In this document: one piece after another, positions 13,383 through 23,613 of the stretch | How positions within the stretch are numbered: position 1 is the first letter of the stretch | How the letters are laid out: each line of letters opens with the position of its first letter | NCBI GenBank assembly: GCA_963674785.1 | Contig: OY771555.1 | Location: forward strand, 1,312,001-1,376,000 | Source: Caldisericia bacterium | GTDB taxonomy: Bacteria; Caldisericota; Caldisericia; JAAYUI01 | Direction: 5' to 3' | Length of the DNA stretch: 64,000 bases | The notes under the pieces: model-generated | The model's database searches: none | The model's input: the letters and a program-made list of their open reading frames with translations, nothing else | What the model was told of the DNA's origin: nothing | Position numbers and translations under genes: made by a program

Positions 13383-14222
13383 TCATGAACTCCAATCAAA
13401 TTTGCTTTTTAAAACCTGATAGAAATTTTTGTTGCTGAGTCTAACAAGTTTTGCAGTGTATTGAGATTTTGTGGCAACCACTAAATCGTGTGGGATTATT
13501 GTATCAATTATATCTCCATCAGCAAAAAGTGAAAAATTTCCTTCAGGACTGTTTACATCTAGGGAGATTCTTTTTGAGGATGGAACGATTATTGGTCTCT
13601 GGTTCAATTTGTGAGGACAGATTGCTACAATTTCAAAATCTGAGCATTCGTGATCAAGGATTGCGCCGCCTGCTGAAAGTGCGTATGCTGTAGATCCTGT
13701 TGCAGTGGAAACAATCAATCCATCGCTTCTTGTTTCGCCAACTCTTTCTGAGTCTATGTATATGGTGGCGTCAACGAGTGGAGCATGAAAATCCCTGTAG
13801 ATGTAAATGTCGTTTAAAACATGCACCTCTCTAATTTTTTTTCCAGACCTAAGGATCTGACCCTTTAACATCTCACGGGTCTCTAACTTATATTCTCCTC
13901 TTATTATTTTAAAAAGAGAATTGTAAAGCTCATTTTCCTCAACTTCTGTTAGGTACCCAAGCCTGCCCATATTGATTCCAAGTACAGGAATATCAAACTT
14001 GGACGCAAGTCTTACTGCTCGAAGTAGCGTTCCATCACCACCAAGGGAGACAACCATGTCACATCCCTTTGGGAATTCTGGATTTGTAGGATAGTTGATT
14101 TTATCCTTTAAATCAGGTGGAATCTCTATACCCACATTGTGTGAAGTAAACCAGTTCGCGGTATCCTCTGAAATTCGAATAACAGGGTTTTTGAATTTTC
14201 GGAAAAAGAGACCTATTTTCAT
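13383..14222 (-). CDS. nadK: NAD(+) kinase
   Basis: GGDGT, GRLGYL, ND, DGLIVST.TGSTAYALSAGG. Confidence 0.95.
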   Translation of the reverse strand: MKIGLFFRKFKNPVIRISEDTANWFTSHNVGIEIPPDLKDKINYPTNPEFPKGCDMVVSLGGDGTLLRAVRLASKFDIPVLGINMGRLGYLTEVEENELYNSLFKIIRGEYKLETREMLKGQILRSGKKIREVHVLNDIYIYRDFHAPLVDATIYIDSERVGETRSDGLIVSTATGSTAYALSAGGAILDHECSDFEIVAICPHKLNQRPIIVPSSKRISLDVNSPEGNFSLFADGDIIDTIIPHDLVVATKSQYTAKLVRLSNKNFYQVLKSKFDWSS

Positions 14223-15067
14223 TTGCCAATCAGTTCGGCAGCTCTTATTGTATTTTCCATGAGCATTGTTATTGTCATTGGGCCAACTCCACCTGGGGAT
14301 GGTGAGATTGCATGAGCAATATCTTTTACTGCTTCAAAATCAACATCTCCACAGAGCGTTCCATCTTCAAGTCTGTTGGTTCCAACATCAACAACCCAGG
14401 CACCTTTTTTGACCCAATTCTCATTGATCATCTTGGGTCTACCAATTGCAACCACAAGAAGGTCAGCTGTTTTTGCGACACAGTCAATGTTTTTTGTTCG
14501 TGAATGGCAGATAGTAACAGTGCAGTTTTTCTGGAGAAGCATGAGTGATACGGGTTTTCCAACAATATTAGATCTTCCGATGACAACCGCATGTTTTCCG
14601 GAGAAATCATAATCATATCTCTCAAGAAGTCTTATTACTCCAGCAGGGGTTGCAGGTTCAAAAATTGGACTTCCAATTGTTAGTTTTCCAACAGAAGTTG
14701 GATGGAAACAATCGACATCTTTTTTTGGAGAGATGCTCTCAAGGATGGTCTCTTCGTTGATATGGTCTGGTAAAGGAAGTTGAGTGAGTATTCCTGACAC
14801 TGATTTATCATTGTTGAGTTTATCGATAAGTTGAAGTAGTTCTGCTTCTGTTGTTTCAGCTGGTAGGTTGATGGTTTCGGAGTCAATTCCAAGCTTTTTG
14901 CAGCGTTTGCCTTTCATGCGTACATACACCGCAGATGCAGGATCATCACCAACAAGAACCGCTGTTAGTTTTGGTGTGATTCCTTTTTCTTTTAGCTGTG
15001 CAACCTTCTCCTTTTGTTTGGTTGAAAACTCTTTTGCGAGATTTTTTCCATCTAATAAGATTTCCAT
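14219..15067 (-). CDS. folD: Methylenetetrahydrofolate dehydrogenase/cyclohydrolase
   Basis: YVRMK, QLPLP, KDVD, GRSNIVGKP, PGGVGPMT. Confidence 0.96.
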   Translation of the reverse strand: MEILLDGKNLAKEFSTKQKEKVAQLKEKGITPKLTAVLVGDDPASAVYVRMKGKRCKKLGIDSETINLPAETTEAELLQLIDKLNNDKSVSGILTQLPLPDHINEETILESISPKKDVDCFHPTSVGKLTIGSPIFEPATPAGVIRLLERYDYDFSGKHAVVIGRSNIVGKPVSLMLLQKNCTVTICHSRTKNIDCVAKTADLLVVAIGRPKMINENWVKKGAWVVDVGTNRLEDGTLCGDVDFEAVKDIAHAISPSPGGVGPMTITMLMENTIRAAELIGK

Positions 15068-15076
15068 CTTTTCCCT

Positions 15077-16705
15077 CTACATTCCTGTTATAATTCCATC
15101 GTTTGTTACATCGAGTTCTTCTGCTCTTGGAATTTTTGATAATCCTGGCATAAGCATAATATCTCCACAAACAGCCACAATAAATCCAGCACCAGCTGAG
15201 ACTTTGACTTCTCGAACGCGTATCTTGAATCCTGTTGGTGCACCCAAAAGCTTTTCATTATCGCTGAAGCTGTACTGGGTTTTTGCCATACAGATTGGAA
15301 GTCCTGAGTATCCGAGGCTTTCAATTCGTCTGATGTCTGACTTGGCGCGACTTGTGAATCTTACACCATCTGCTCTGTATATCTCTTTCGCAATAATCTC
15401 AATTTTATTTTCGATAGGCTGGTTGTAGTCATAGAGTTGTTTGTAGTTTGCAGTACCAGATGCAATTGATCCCACAACTTTTTGTGCAAGCTCGATTGCT
15501 CCTTCGCCACCTGCTTCAAAATTCGTGTTGATCGCGCATTCAACACCCTCTTCGCTCAGAAGGCTTCTTACGAGTTCAAGTTCTTCTTCGAGATCATTTG
15601 GGAATTTGTTGATGGCCACAACGGGCACAATGCCATATTTTTTGATGTTTTCTACATGTTGTTTGAGGTTAACAAAACCTTCTTTGATGGCGTCTTTATT
15701 TGGTTGAGATACGAATTTCTTTTTGACTCCACCGTTGTATTTTAGTGCTCTAACTGTTGCAACAATAACTAGCGCAGATGGCTCTAAGCCTTTGCTTGGT
15801 GCGACAATGTCTAAGAATTTCTCAGCACCGAGGTCAGCACCAAAACCGCATTCTGTGACAACATAATCACCAAGAGCAAGTGCAAGTTTTGTTGCAATAA
15901 TGGAGTTTGTACCATGAGCGATATTAGCAAATGGACCACCATGCATAAGGGTTGGCGTTCCCTCAAGTGTTTGAATGAGGTTTGGTTTAATGGCATCAGC
16001 AAGTAGAGTAGCCATTGCACCTGTTACATTGAGATCATCGGGAGTTACTGGTTTATCATCAGTTGTGTAGGCACAAATCATTCTTCCAAGGCGTTTTTTT
16101 AGGTCAGTAAGATCATCACTCATGCAAAGAACTGCCATTATTTCAGATGCTGCAGTTATCAGGAAGCCATCATCCCTTGTTGCACCATTTCCATCACCAA
16201 GACCGATGATGATTTCTCTTAGAGCTCTATCGTTCATATCCATGGCACGTTTCCATGGTACCTGTCTGATGTCAATTTTTGGGTCAAGACCAAATTTGAC
16301 TCTATTGTCTATACATGCAGATAAAAGGTTGTTAGCAGATGTGATTGCATGAAAATCACCTGTGAAATGTAGATTGATGTCAGTACTTGGAACAACAGTT
16401 GATTTTCCACCACCAACTGCTCCACCTTTCATCCCCATTACCGGACCAAGTGATGGTTCGCGAAGGGCGATAATTGGGTTTTTTCCAAGTCTATTCAACG
16501 CGTCTCCAAGACCGATCGATGTTGTGGTTTTTCCTTCACCAAAGGGAGTTGGATTGATTGCAGTTACAACAATAAGTTTTCCTTTGGAAGTTCCACAATG
16601 TTTTAAAAGTGTCGAGTTTGCGATCTTTGCTTTGTGTTTTCCAAATTCTTCAATTTCATCACGAGATAAGCCAATCTTTTTAGCGATTTCATGAATCTGC
16701 TTCAT
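15077..16705 (-). CDS. fhs: Formate-tetrahydrofolate ligase
   Basis: TPFGEGKTT, HFTGD, HGGPFANIAHG, CMAKTQYS. Confidence 0.97.
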   Translation of the reverse strand: MKQIHEIAKKIGLSRDEIEEFGKHKAKIANSTLLKHCGTSKGKLIVVTAINPTPFGEGKTTTSIGLGDALNRLGKNPIIALREPSLGPVMGMKGGAVGGGKSTVVPSTDINLHFTGDFHAITSANNLLSACIDNRVKFGLDPKIDIRQVPWKRAMDMNDRALREIIIGLGDGNGATRDDGFLITAASEIMAVLCMSDDLTDLKKRLGRMICAYTTDDKPVTPDDLNVTGAMATLLADAIKPNLIQTLEGTPTLMHGGPFANIAHGTNSIIATKLALALGDYVVTECGFGADLGAEKFLDIVAPSKGLEPSALVIVATVRALKYNGGVKKKFVSQPNKDAIKEGFVNLKQHVENIKKYGIVPVVAINKFPNDLEEELELVRSLLSEEGVECAINTNFEAGGEGAIELAQKVVGSIASGTANYKQLYDYNQPIENKIEIIAKEIYRADGVRFTSRAKSDIRRIESLGYSGLPICMAKTQYSFSDNEKLLGAPTGFKIRVREVKVSAGAGFIVAVCGDIMLMPGLSKIPRAEELDVTNDGIITGM

Positions 16706-16717
16706 TTTTTCCTTTCT

Positions 16718-17071
16718 CTAGCTTACTAGTTTTATGATCCAATATAGAGCAAGACCTAGGATCGTATTAAACATCAAAAACATGATGTAGCAGTACACCT
16801 TTTTTGTCTTGTCCTCTGGTTCCCACCATAATGGTAGGATAAAGAAAAGTGCGATGTTGGTTGCAACAATAATGATAATAAACTGAAGATCACCGAAAAA
16901 TACTCGGTATCCAAGCTGTATAAATGCCGTGAAAACAGCACTATACCAGATTGATGTTGACGACATTTTTTCGCCAGTGACCATTCCTGAAATTGCTCCA
17001 GCGGCATAAGTGAGCAACAAAGAAGTAAGCGTCCAGATTGAGTCTCTAACAAGGTTGATTCTAATATACAT
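16718..17071 (-). CDS. Small integral membrane protein, hypothetical
   Basis: About four hydrophobic segments; GGAGG SD; short gaps to neighbouring minus-strand genes. Confidence 0.7.
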   Translation of the reverse strand: MYIRINLVRDSIWTLTSLLLTYAAGAISGMVTGEKMSSTSIWYSAVFTAFIQLGYRVFFGDLQFIIIIVATNIALFFILPLWWEPEDKTKKVYCYIMFLMFNTILGLALYWIIKLVS

Positions 17072-17083
17072 ATTTCCTCCAGA

Positions 17084-18664
17084 TTACTTTTTCATATCAT
17101 AGATTGTAACAGAACAAGTTTGGTCTGCCAGTGTGTTTATGTTTTCTCGTTTAAAGTAAATATAAACTGCTGCAATAATCATGATTATTGAGATGATAAT
17201 TGCCTGAGTTATCTGTGATCCGAATGGATATGCAATTGAGAAAAGAATCACAGACTGGGTTTGTGTGACTATCATGTTTATGTACGAAAACAAAACGTTT
17301 GTGAGAACAATACCTGCTATTCCAGCCAAAATAATAAGACCTTTGTTGATTTTCACAGTTTTTTGTCTGAGAGCCCATATGATAACCATTGTGAGTGCAA
17401 ATATGATTGTCATGAGACATACCCTTGTGATTATTGGGACACCAATTTGATATACGGCCTCACCAATGCTCGCGTATGTTCCGACTATCTTGTTTCCGTA
17501 GGGGAGAATCTGCTTACCAACTGTGTTGATGTTTGAGATTCCATTTAACCCTTCAAATATTGCTGGAGCAATTACGAATCCGACACCAAAACCAATCAGT
17601 TCCTTTGGTGTAGCGTTTTTAACATCGGCAACTATTCCAACCAAAAGAGGTGCGATACCCAGCATTAGTGAGGAAATGATTGAGATGATCGTCCAATAAT
17701 TCAGTATTGAATATGTACCCCAGAATGTTCCAGAAACTGGTGCAAGGAATTGGGTGATAATGAGGCCGATGAAGTATGCTCCAAGCCAGAATAATGCTCC
17801 CCAGATGATAAGTTTTCTGTTTCCTTTTTTGACCAAAATATATCCAATAATCCCCAGAAGCGTAATTAGGATTGGAAGCAAGAACGCAGTGTTTGGAATC
17901 TGTTTCTCTTCGGCAATTGTTGCTCTGACAATTCCTGTTGCTTCTTTTGCCTCGATGTATGCGGTATATGTTCCAGTCATCGTGGCTGGTTCGGTGTACA
18001 CAAATGAACTTTTTTCGTTTGTGAGTTCAGAGACTCTTATCTGATTCCCATCGGGATCAAAAATCCTTATAAAAAGACTTCCCTTGGATATATCACTTGA
18101 TTGGAAAAGGAGATTCAGGTTTTTCCCAACTTCGTCTATCTCATATTCCACTTCCTCGACGATACCTGTGAAATTGACAAGCGAAGGATTAAGTTTTTCA
18201 TATACAATCGCAGCGGTTAAATCTTCTGCGGAGAGTTCAAATCTATATTCTCCCTCTACCTCTGGAAGCCATTTGAATGTAAAAAATCCCCAGGACTCCT
18301 TTTGTTCTTCTGTAAGAGATTCTATTCTTTCGATTGCCTGCTCTTCGTTTGGTAATGGAAGGTCGTCTGCTGGTCTATTTGGGTAGACATATCCAGCTTT
18401 CATGGCATCAGAATAGATAGTTTTGCCATTTGGATCGTAAACCTTGATGTCTGCGTCTCCAGATTTTTTGTCGAAACCAATATAAAATCCGACAGGAACG
18501 TTATCTCCAACTGATTTAAAGGTTCTTTCAAGAATGATTCCGTTTGCGTTTTCGAATTCAATCGAGTTTTCCATTCTGTTCGTGACATCGACTTGAACAC
18601 TGCAACCAGCAAACATCAATGCTATAACAACAACCATCAACAAGGATATAATTTTTTTTCTCAT
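17084..18664 (-). CDS. Lipoprotein-signal protein with extracytoplasmic beta domains and a C-terminal multi-TM (YhfC/PrsW-like, degenerate) domain
   Basis: Start revised to MRKK (18664); lipobox FAGC; two beta-rich repeats (YDPNG/FDPDG..G.Y); about 8 TM with WGALFW and FGVG. Confidence 0.6.
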   Translation of the reverse strand: MRKKIISLLMVVVIALMFAGCSVQVDVTNRMENSIEFENANGIILERTFKSVGDNVPVGFYIGFDKKSGDADIKVYDPNGKTIYSDAMKAGYVYPNRPADDLPLPNEEQAIERIESLTEEQKESWGFFTFKWLPEVEGEYRFELSAEDLTAAIVYEKLNPSLVNFTGIVEEVEYEIDEVGKNLNLLFQSSDISKGSLFIRIFDPDGNQIRVSELTNEKSSFVYTEPATMTGTYTAYIEAKEATGIVRATIAEEKQIPNTAFLLPILITLLGIIGYILVKKGNRKLIIWGALFWLGAYFIGLIITQFLAPVSGTFWGTYSILNYWTIISIISSLMLGIAPLLVGIVADVKNATPKELIGFGVGFVIAPAIFEGLNGISNINTVGKQILPYGNKIVGTYASIGEAVYQIGVPIITRVCLMTIIFALTMVIIWALRQKTVKINKGLIILAGIAGIVLTNVLFSYINMIVTQTQSVILFSIAYPFGSQITQAIIISIIMIIAAVYIYFKRENINTLADQTCSVTIYDMKK

Positions 18665-18757
18665 CGGGCACATTTTATCATATTGGGTGAGTATGTAAAT
18701 TAGCAATCGAATTCAATGTTATTGTTAATCTAAAAAAAGTGATTAGAATTTTGTTTT

Positions 18758-19552
18758 ATGCTGAAGTTGGGTAAAAAAATCGGATATGGTTGGTCTGCTG
18801 AGGTCTTTGATTTGAATGAAGATCAGGTTTTAAAGCTATTTTTCAAAGATTATTCAAGAGATGAGATAGATAGTGAATTTGATATTTCAAAAAAGATTTT
18901 TAATGCAGGACTGCCGTCTCCAAAGACCTATGAAATGGTTGACGTTTCAGGAAGAATTGGGATTGTTTATGAAAAGATTGTTGGTAAATCCCTAATAAAG
19001 TTATTACCCGATAAGATTTTAGAGATGAATGCATATGCAAAGATTCTTGCAAGGATACATTTTGGTATACACAAGACCACGATTGATGGACTTAAAAGCC
19101 AGAATGAGCTTTATGAGGAATGGATTTCTGAAAATAAATACATTACACAATCTCAAAAAGCTAGAGTTCTCACAATTTTAAATGAGCTTCCAGAAGGAAG
19201 AACTCTTTGCCATAACGATTTACATCCCCCAAACGTTGTGATGACAAAAAATGGACCAATTGTTATCGATTGGGTTTCTGCTAGGTTTGGCGATCCATAT
19301 GCAGATGTTGCTTACTCAGAGATGATGATCAGAATGGGTGATTTAACGATGTTTCCTTATGGTAGAACAAGGATCAGGATGGGCAGGAATCTTTACAGTA
19401 AATTATACAGAAGACATTATCTCAATCTGAATCCTGGTGACTGGGACAGGGTAAAAAGATGGATGCCTGTACTTATTGCTGCTAGATTTCACTATCAATT
19501 CAAATCCGAGATTCCTGTTTTAAAGAGGATGCTTGGAAGCTACTTGAAATAA
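18758..19552 (+). CDS. Aminoglycoside-phosphotransferase-like (APH/choline kinase fold) kinase
   Basis: G.G.SAEV, VLKL, HNDLHPPNV, VIDW, GDP.AD. Confidence 0.85.
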   Translation: MLKLGKKIGYGWSAEVFDLNEDQVLKLFFKDYSRDEIDSEFDISKKIFNAGLPSPKTYEMVDVSGRIGIVYEKIVGKSLIKLLPDKILEMNAYAKILARIHFGIHKTTIDGLKSQNELYEEWISENKYITQSQKARVLTILNELPEGRTLCHNDLHPPNVVMTKNGPIVIDWVSARFGDPYADVAYSEMMIRMGDLTMFPYGRTRIRMGRNLYSKLYRRHYLNLNPGDWDRVKRWMPVLIAARFHYQFKSEIPVLKRMLGSYLK

Positions 19553-19941
19553 CCGAAAATAAACCGAAAACCAAAAAAATACTATTACTCATCAAAACAT
19601 TATTTTTAGTTATATATATCCATATATTTAGTATTATTTATATATTAGACAATTTATGTACCTTTTCAGCAATAATTAGGTATTAATAATGACATTAGAT
19701 TACTATTAGTATATAACAGTAATTATTATATATATGATTGTATTGATTGATTATATTGCGGTATTTAGTAGCCCTTATATCGGCAATAATTCTGCAAAAA
19801 TGTGAATGGACGAAAATGCTATCATTTAATCAATCATAAAGCTATACTAACTAAAAGCTTTATTCATGAGATTTTTTGTAGTATTTTAAAGAAATCCTGC
19901 GTTGTCTTGTTTTTTTCGAGGTATATGCTAATATGTGTTTT

Positions 19942-22899
19942 ATGAGAAAAATAAAATTCGCGGTGGTTGTGTTTGTTTTGTTTGCCCTTTTGGTGATGCC
20001 AATTGTGAATGCAAATGGTTTTATCCCAGAAGATAATGATTTAAACAGGTATATTGTTGAACTCAACGACTATTCAAGATTCCCAAATTCATACTCTCTC
20101 ATGTTAATGTCTCATGCGAATTTTAAGGCTAACCTTGCTATGGTCTGCCCAGATGCCTACACACTGTTTGAGTACGATACAGGAATTTCTGGATTTTCGG
20201 TTTCTTGTTCAGATGAGTCGATCAAGAAGATTTCATGTTTTGAAGATGTGAGATCTGTAACCATGGTCAGATATGCCTATCCTCATCTCTTTAATTCTGT
20301 CGAAACAACGGGTGCTACTGAAGTGTGGCAGATGAGAGATGGTGTTGACAAAAACATAACTGGTGATGGAGCACTTGTTGGTATCATCGATACAGGAGTA
20401 CATTACTATCATCCATCTTTGGGCGGTGGATTTGGTGATGAATACAAAGTTTGTGTCGGATACAATTTTGTAGATTATTCACCAGATCCATATCCGATGG
20501 GAACTCATAGTCACGGAACTCATTGTGCGGGAATTGTTGCTGCAACTGGACTTCCAGGGGTTGCCTCGGGTGAGCCAACACCAACAGGTATTGCACCAGA
20601 TGCAAAACTTGGAGCATACAATGTTTTTGGTTCACGTGGTGGAGCACCGATGGATGCAGTTATGATGGCTCTTGAGCAAGCTTTTGAAGATGGTTGTGAT
20701 GTAGTAAACCTTAGTCTTGGAAGCGAATATGTCTGGGCTGATGAGCCGTATTGCAAATTGATTGATAATCTTGTTGATAAAGGCATGGTTGTTGTTGGTT
20801 CAGCTGGAAATGAGGGAAGAAACTCAAGAGAAGATTTACCGTTCCAGGTTAGTTCGCCTGGTGGAGCTGAGTATTCAATTTCAGTTGCTGCAATGAATGA
20901 TGCCGGTATAACTCTTTTTAGTTATGGCGACGAATCCTTTATTGTTCAGTATATGAGTTTTTCTGAAAAGGTTGAAGACAGAGTATCTGGCGAGCTTGTT
21001 TACTGCGAAAAAGCAACGGTTGAAGATGTTGAAGACCTTGACCTAAAGGGTGCTGTTGCTCTTGTGGAGCGTGGAGACCTGACATTTTTTGATAAAGCGA
21101 AAAATGTTGAAACACAGGGTGCCATTGCTTGTGTTGTCTTCAATAACAAACCTGGTGAGTTTGGTGGAACTTTAGGTTCAAAAGGTATATCAATCCCAGT
21201 TATTGCAGTATCTGATGAGGTAGGTGCAGAGCTTCAGGAATATCTTGGGGAAGAGGTCTCCTTCAAGTATGATGAGAGATTAGGTCTTATGGCTGAGTTT
21301 TCATCACCCGGTCCAACAAATGACTACAGACTTAAGCCGGATATGTCAGCACCTGGATTCCAGGTTTTGTCAACCGTTTATGATGAAAGTTATCAAAGAT
21401 ATAATGGTACAAGTATGTCTGCTCCAACTGTTGCTGGCGGAGCAGCACTTGTTATTCAAGCCCATCCAGAATGGACAGCACATGATGTAAGATCATCTCT
21501 CATCAATTATGCGGTTCCACAGGTTGACCTTAAGGGCGATTTACATCCCATTCTTTCTCAGGGAACCGGAAGAATGCACATTCCTTCCTCAGTAAATGCA
21601 ACTGCTCTATTCAAGCCAACTTCAATCTCTGGTGGGTGGGTAGAAGAACCATTTACAACCTCAATTGATATTAAGAATGTAAGCGGTTCAGATATGTCAT
21701 TATTTGTAGATCAACTTATTGAAGGTGAGGAAGCCTCACTTGAGTTTGGTAAACTAGATATTCCATCTGGTGAAACCTATAAGTATGAATTCACACTCGG
21801 CGATCAGGCAAAAAAAGGTGAAAATACTGGTTATTTGATTTTCACAGATGGTAAAAACACTGCAAGAGTAGCTTATCTTTACTATTATGGAAAAGAACCT
21901 GTCGTTGATACTGTATCACATATGAATGTTAAAACACCGGTATTCTCACCAAATGATGATGATGTGCTTGATTACTTCCAGGCTGATATAAGTTTCAATA
22001 AGCCGATTTCTGGTGTCGAGTACACCTTACTCGATGGCGACAGAGAAGTTGAAAAAATACTTGGCTACTATTACGAATACGTTTCCGGTGGAATGTGGAA
22101 TTTCAATTGGGACGGAAAAAGCGATTACGATGTAATCTCTGATGGTAAGCATTATCTGGAATTCTACACACTTGATTTTAATCTCGACCCAAAAATAAAA
22201 AACAACTGGGAAAAACAGGGCGAATACGAATTCTATTCCACAACACAACCGCCTGAGGTTGATATTGATGAGTATGAAGATTTTGTTGTTAATGATGATA
22301 GTATAACAATTACAGGTACAATATATGATTTCCTCCTCGACTCAGATCTTGGAAAAGATGCTATAAAAGATGCGTTGCTCTTCAGTGATGCAAATCCAAG
22401 AGAGCCTACACCAATCGACTTTGATTCCGATGGTGATTTTGAATTAGATCTCAACCTACACTCCGGAGATAATTATTTTGGAATATATCTTGTCAATGCT
22501 GGTGGTCTTGAGGGTGGTGCTGAGATTGTAATTACATCAGTTTCAATGATGGAAATTGAGATTTCAGACACACTTGTTATTGATGGTGAAGATACAGGCA
22601 TTGAGGTTGTTGATATTGATGGTGAGGATTTCATAAGGTTGGAGGAGATGATTGATATTCCAAACGGAATTGGTTATGAGATTGATGGAAAAGATATCTA
22701 TCTGTTTGTTGGTCAAAAATCTCTCTGGATGAAGGTTGGCGAACCATTAATGATAACAGATATGGGAATCTCTTTCTGCGAAGCCCCAGTTATTGTTGAT
22801 GATGAAGTCATGGTTCCAATTACTGATGTGCTTGATGGTTTTGGAGCTGAGTTTGACGAAAAGACTTCAATGTATACCCTTATGTGGATTGCAGAATAA
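19942..22899 (+). CDS. Secreted S8 subtilase (Vpr-like) with PA domain, Ig-like domains and degenerate C-terminal stalk domain
   Basis: Triad IIDTG, HGTHCAG, GTSMSAP; SAGN; PA domain (ALVERGD.TF..KA); FSPN.D FlgD-like segment; APVIVDDEVMVP tail. Confidence 0.9.
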   Translation: MRKIKFAVVVFVLFALLVMPIVNANGFIPEDNDLNRYIVELNDYSRFPNSYSLMLMSHANFKANLAMVCPDAYTLFEYDTGISGFSVSCSDESIKKISCFEDVRSVTMVRYAYPHLFNSVETTGATEVWQMRDGVDKNITGDGALVGIIDTGVHYYHPSLGGGFGDEYKVCVGYNFVDYSPDPYPMGTHSHGTHCAGIVAATGLPGVASGEPTPTGIAPDAKLGAYNVFGSRGGAPMDAVMMALEQAFEDGCDVVNLSLGSEYVWADEPYCKLIDNLVDKGMVVVGSAGNEGRNSREDLPFQVSSPGGAEYSISVAAMNDAGITLFSYGDESFIVQYMSFSEKVEDRVSGELVYCEKATVEDVEDLDLKGAVALVERGDLTFFDKAKNVETQGAIACVVFNNKPGEFGGTLGSKGISIPVIAVSDEVGAELQEYLGEEVSFKYDERLGLMAEFSSPGPTNDYRLKPDMSAPGFQVLSTVYDESYQRYNGTSMSAPTVAGGAALVIQAHPEWTAHDVRSSLINYAVPQVDLKGDLHPILSQGTGRMHIPSSVNATALFKPTSISGGWVEEPFTTSIDIKNVSGSDMSLFVDQLIEGEEASLEFGKLDIPSGETYKYEFTLGDQAKKGENTGYLIFTDGKNTARVAYLYYYGKEPVVDTVSHMNVKTPVFSPNDDDVLDYFQADISFNKPISGVEYTLLDGDREVEKILGYYYEYVSGGMWNFNWDGKSDYDVISDGKHYLEFYTLDFNLDPKIKNNWEKQGEYEFYSTTQPPEVDIDEYEDFVVNDDSITITGTIYDFLLDSDLGKDAIKDALLFSDANPREPTPIDFDSDGDFELDLNLHSGDNYFGIYLVNAGGLEGGAEIVITSVSMMEIEISDTLVIDGEDTGIEVVDIDGEDFIRLEEMIDIPNGIGYEIDGKDIYLFVGQKSLWMKVGEPLMITDMGISFCEAPVIVDDEVMVPITDVLDGFGAEFDEKTSMYTLMWIAE

Positions 22900-22914
22900 C
22901 GGAGAAAAGCTGTT

Positions 22915-23613
22915 TTGAATTGGATTGACTACATAATTCTTATTGTTGCAATTTGGATGGCCATAAAGGGCTATATGCTCGGATTATCTGGAGCATTATT
23001 GAATACCATTGCAACACTTATCGGCTGGGTTTCTGCATTACTCCTTGCTGCACCTGTTAAAAACCTTTTACAGGCATCATTTGGCTGGGTCTCAAGTCTT
23101 GCTGGATATATTGCACCAGCAATTCCTGGAAAACCAATTCCTGGTGGAACAGACCCGGCTTCTGTTCTTGCAAGCTCTGGTATACCAGAGTGGGGTAAGA
23201 GTGTTTTAGAAAGAATTATTGACCCCAGTTTTACAGTATCTACAACATCTGACCTGATTGCATACTGGATCGCAAACATCATTATCGTGATTGTCGTCTT
23301 CATTGTCCTTCTGGTTGTTTTTGGAATCCTTGCAAGATATTTGATGCGACAGGTAAAACTGGCGTTACCGAAGGAAGGATTCTTCCACGATTTTGATAAA
23401 CTGATTGGTGGTGCGGTGTATTTCCTTCTCACCCTGTTTGTAATGGTGGGGTTGCTTGTGATTTTTGTGGCACTATTCCCTCAGGAGGTTGCGGTTAATT
23501 CTCCAGTGGGAAGCTATGTTTTGGGGTCGTTTTTTGGTGGGCTTGTTTATTCTAATTTCCTGGGGGTTCAAACGGTTTATGGGTCGTTGCTCCGTCTTGT
23601 TGTTGGTTACTAG
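22915..23613 (+). CDS. CvpA family membrane protein
   Basis: MNWIDYIIL start, G..G motif, DKLIGG motif. Confidence 0.8.
   Translation: MNWIDYIILIVAIWMAIKGYMLGLSGALLNTIATLIGWVSALLLAAPVKNLLQASFGWVSSLAGYIAPAIPGKPIPGGTDPASVLASSGIPEWGKSVLERIIDPSFTVSTTSDLIAYWIANIIIVIVVFIVLLVVFGILARYLMRQVKLALPKEGFFHDFDKLIGGAVYFLLTLFVMVGLLVIFVALFPQEVAVNSPVGSYVLGSFFGGLVYSNFLGVQTVYGSLLRLVVGY

Noticed and set aside
19553-19932. oriC
   Set aside because: AT-rich but no clustered TTATCCACA-like boxes and no dnaA/dnaN nearby
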